DNA from: Rhina ancylostomus
Lineage: Eukaryota
Direction of reading: 5' to 3'
DNA: 59,928 bases
Assembly (NCBI GenBank): GCA_030265395.1
Contig: JARFYF010000059.1
Coordinates: 18,327,862 to 18,387,789 of the forward strand
The translations under genes were made by a program, and so were the position numbers. Positions 59,746 through 59,928 of this stretch are shown here, piece by piece. The notes beneath the pieces were generated by a model, which made no database searches, had not been told where the DNA came from, and saw only the letters and a program-made list of their open reading frames with translations. Each line of letters starts with the position of its first letter. Position 1 is the stretch's first letter.

Positions 59746-59928
59746 ACATTAGATCATTCTCTCTTCACCAGCCAACTTCTTCCTCTGAAATTTCATTAGA
59801 CAATAAATGAGAAATCCCAACCGGAATCTGGACAGTTCACTTCAAATCTACCTCCCATTCTCAGACCCTAACTATGCATTTATCCTCTTTTGGTACTGAA
59901 GCATACACTTGCATTTGCACACTTGTAC

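Noticed and set aside
1-59928. CRISPR arrays, prokaryotic operons/defence systems, rRNA or intact tRNA genes
   Set aside because: Vertebrate intron/exon DNA; no regularly spaced repeats, no long ORFs; tRNA-like pieces are decayed SINE heads

Overview
Eukaryotic genomic DNA (AT-rich, CpG-depleted, six N gaps), most likely from a cartilaginous fish (ray/shark) judging from the repeat families (inference). The whole window appears to lie inside one + strand gene, KCNAB2 (voltage-gated K+ channel beta-2 subunit, aldo-keto reductase fold). Nine small GT-AG exons (13554-13597, 15181-15218, 16076-16155, 32878-32922, 35064-35108, 35233-35276, 36550-36636, 42286-42330, 53576-53661) splice in frame to (R)[127 protein letters not shown][[15 protein letters not shown]][29 protein letters not shown]. 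The N-terminal and C-terminal exons were not found in the window. The introns are filled with decayed retroelements (CR1, a second non-LTR family, Rex/Babar, Penelope-like, V-SINE, Deu-SINE-like, LF-SINE-like). Almost all ORFs in the supplied track are TE remnants or noise. Best leads: (1) a symmetric 45-nt cassette exon whose 3' half resembles an upstream constitutive exon; (2) Penelope-like insertions with inverted termini, ~15-bp target-site duplications and hammerhead-ribozyme remnants, the ribozyme being deleted or broken in host-sense copies; (3) nested TE insertions resolvable to the base. I found no evidence for a wholly new multi-gene system. Repeat boundaries are approximate and family names come from recalled consensus motifs, not a database search.
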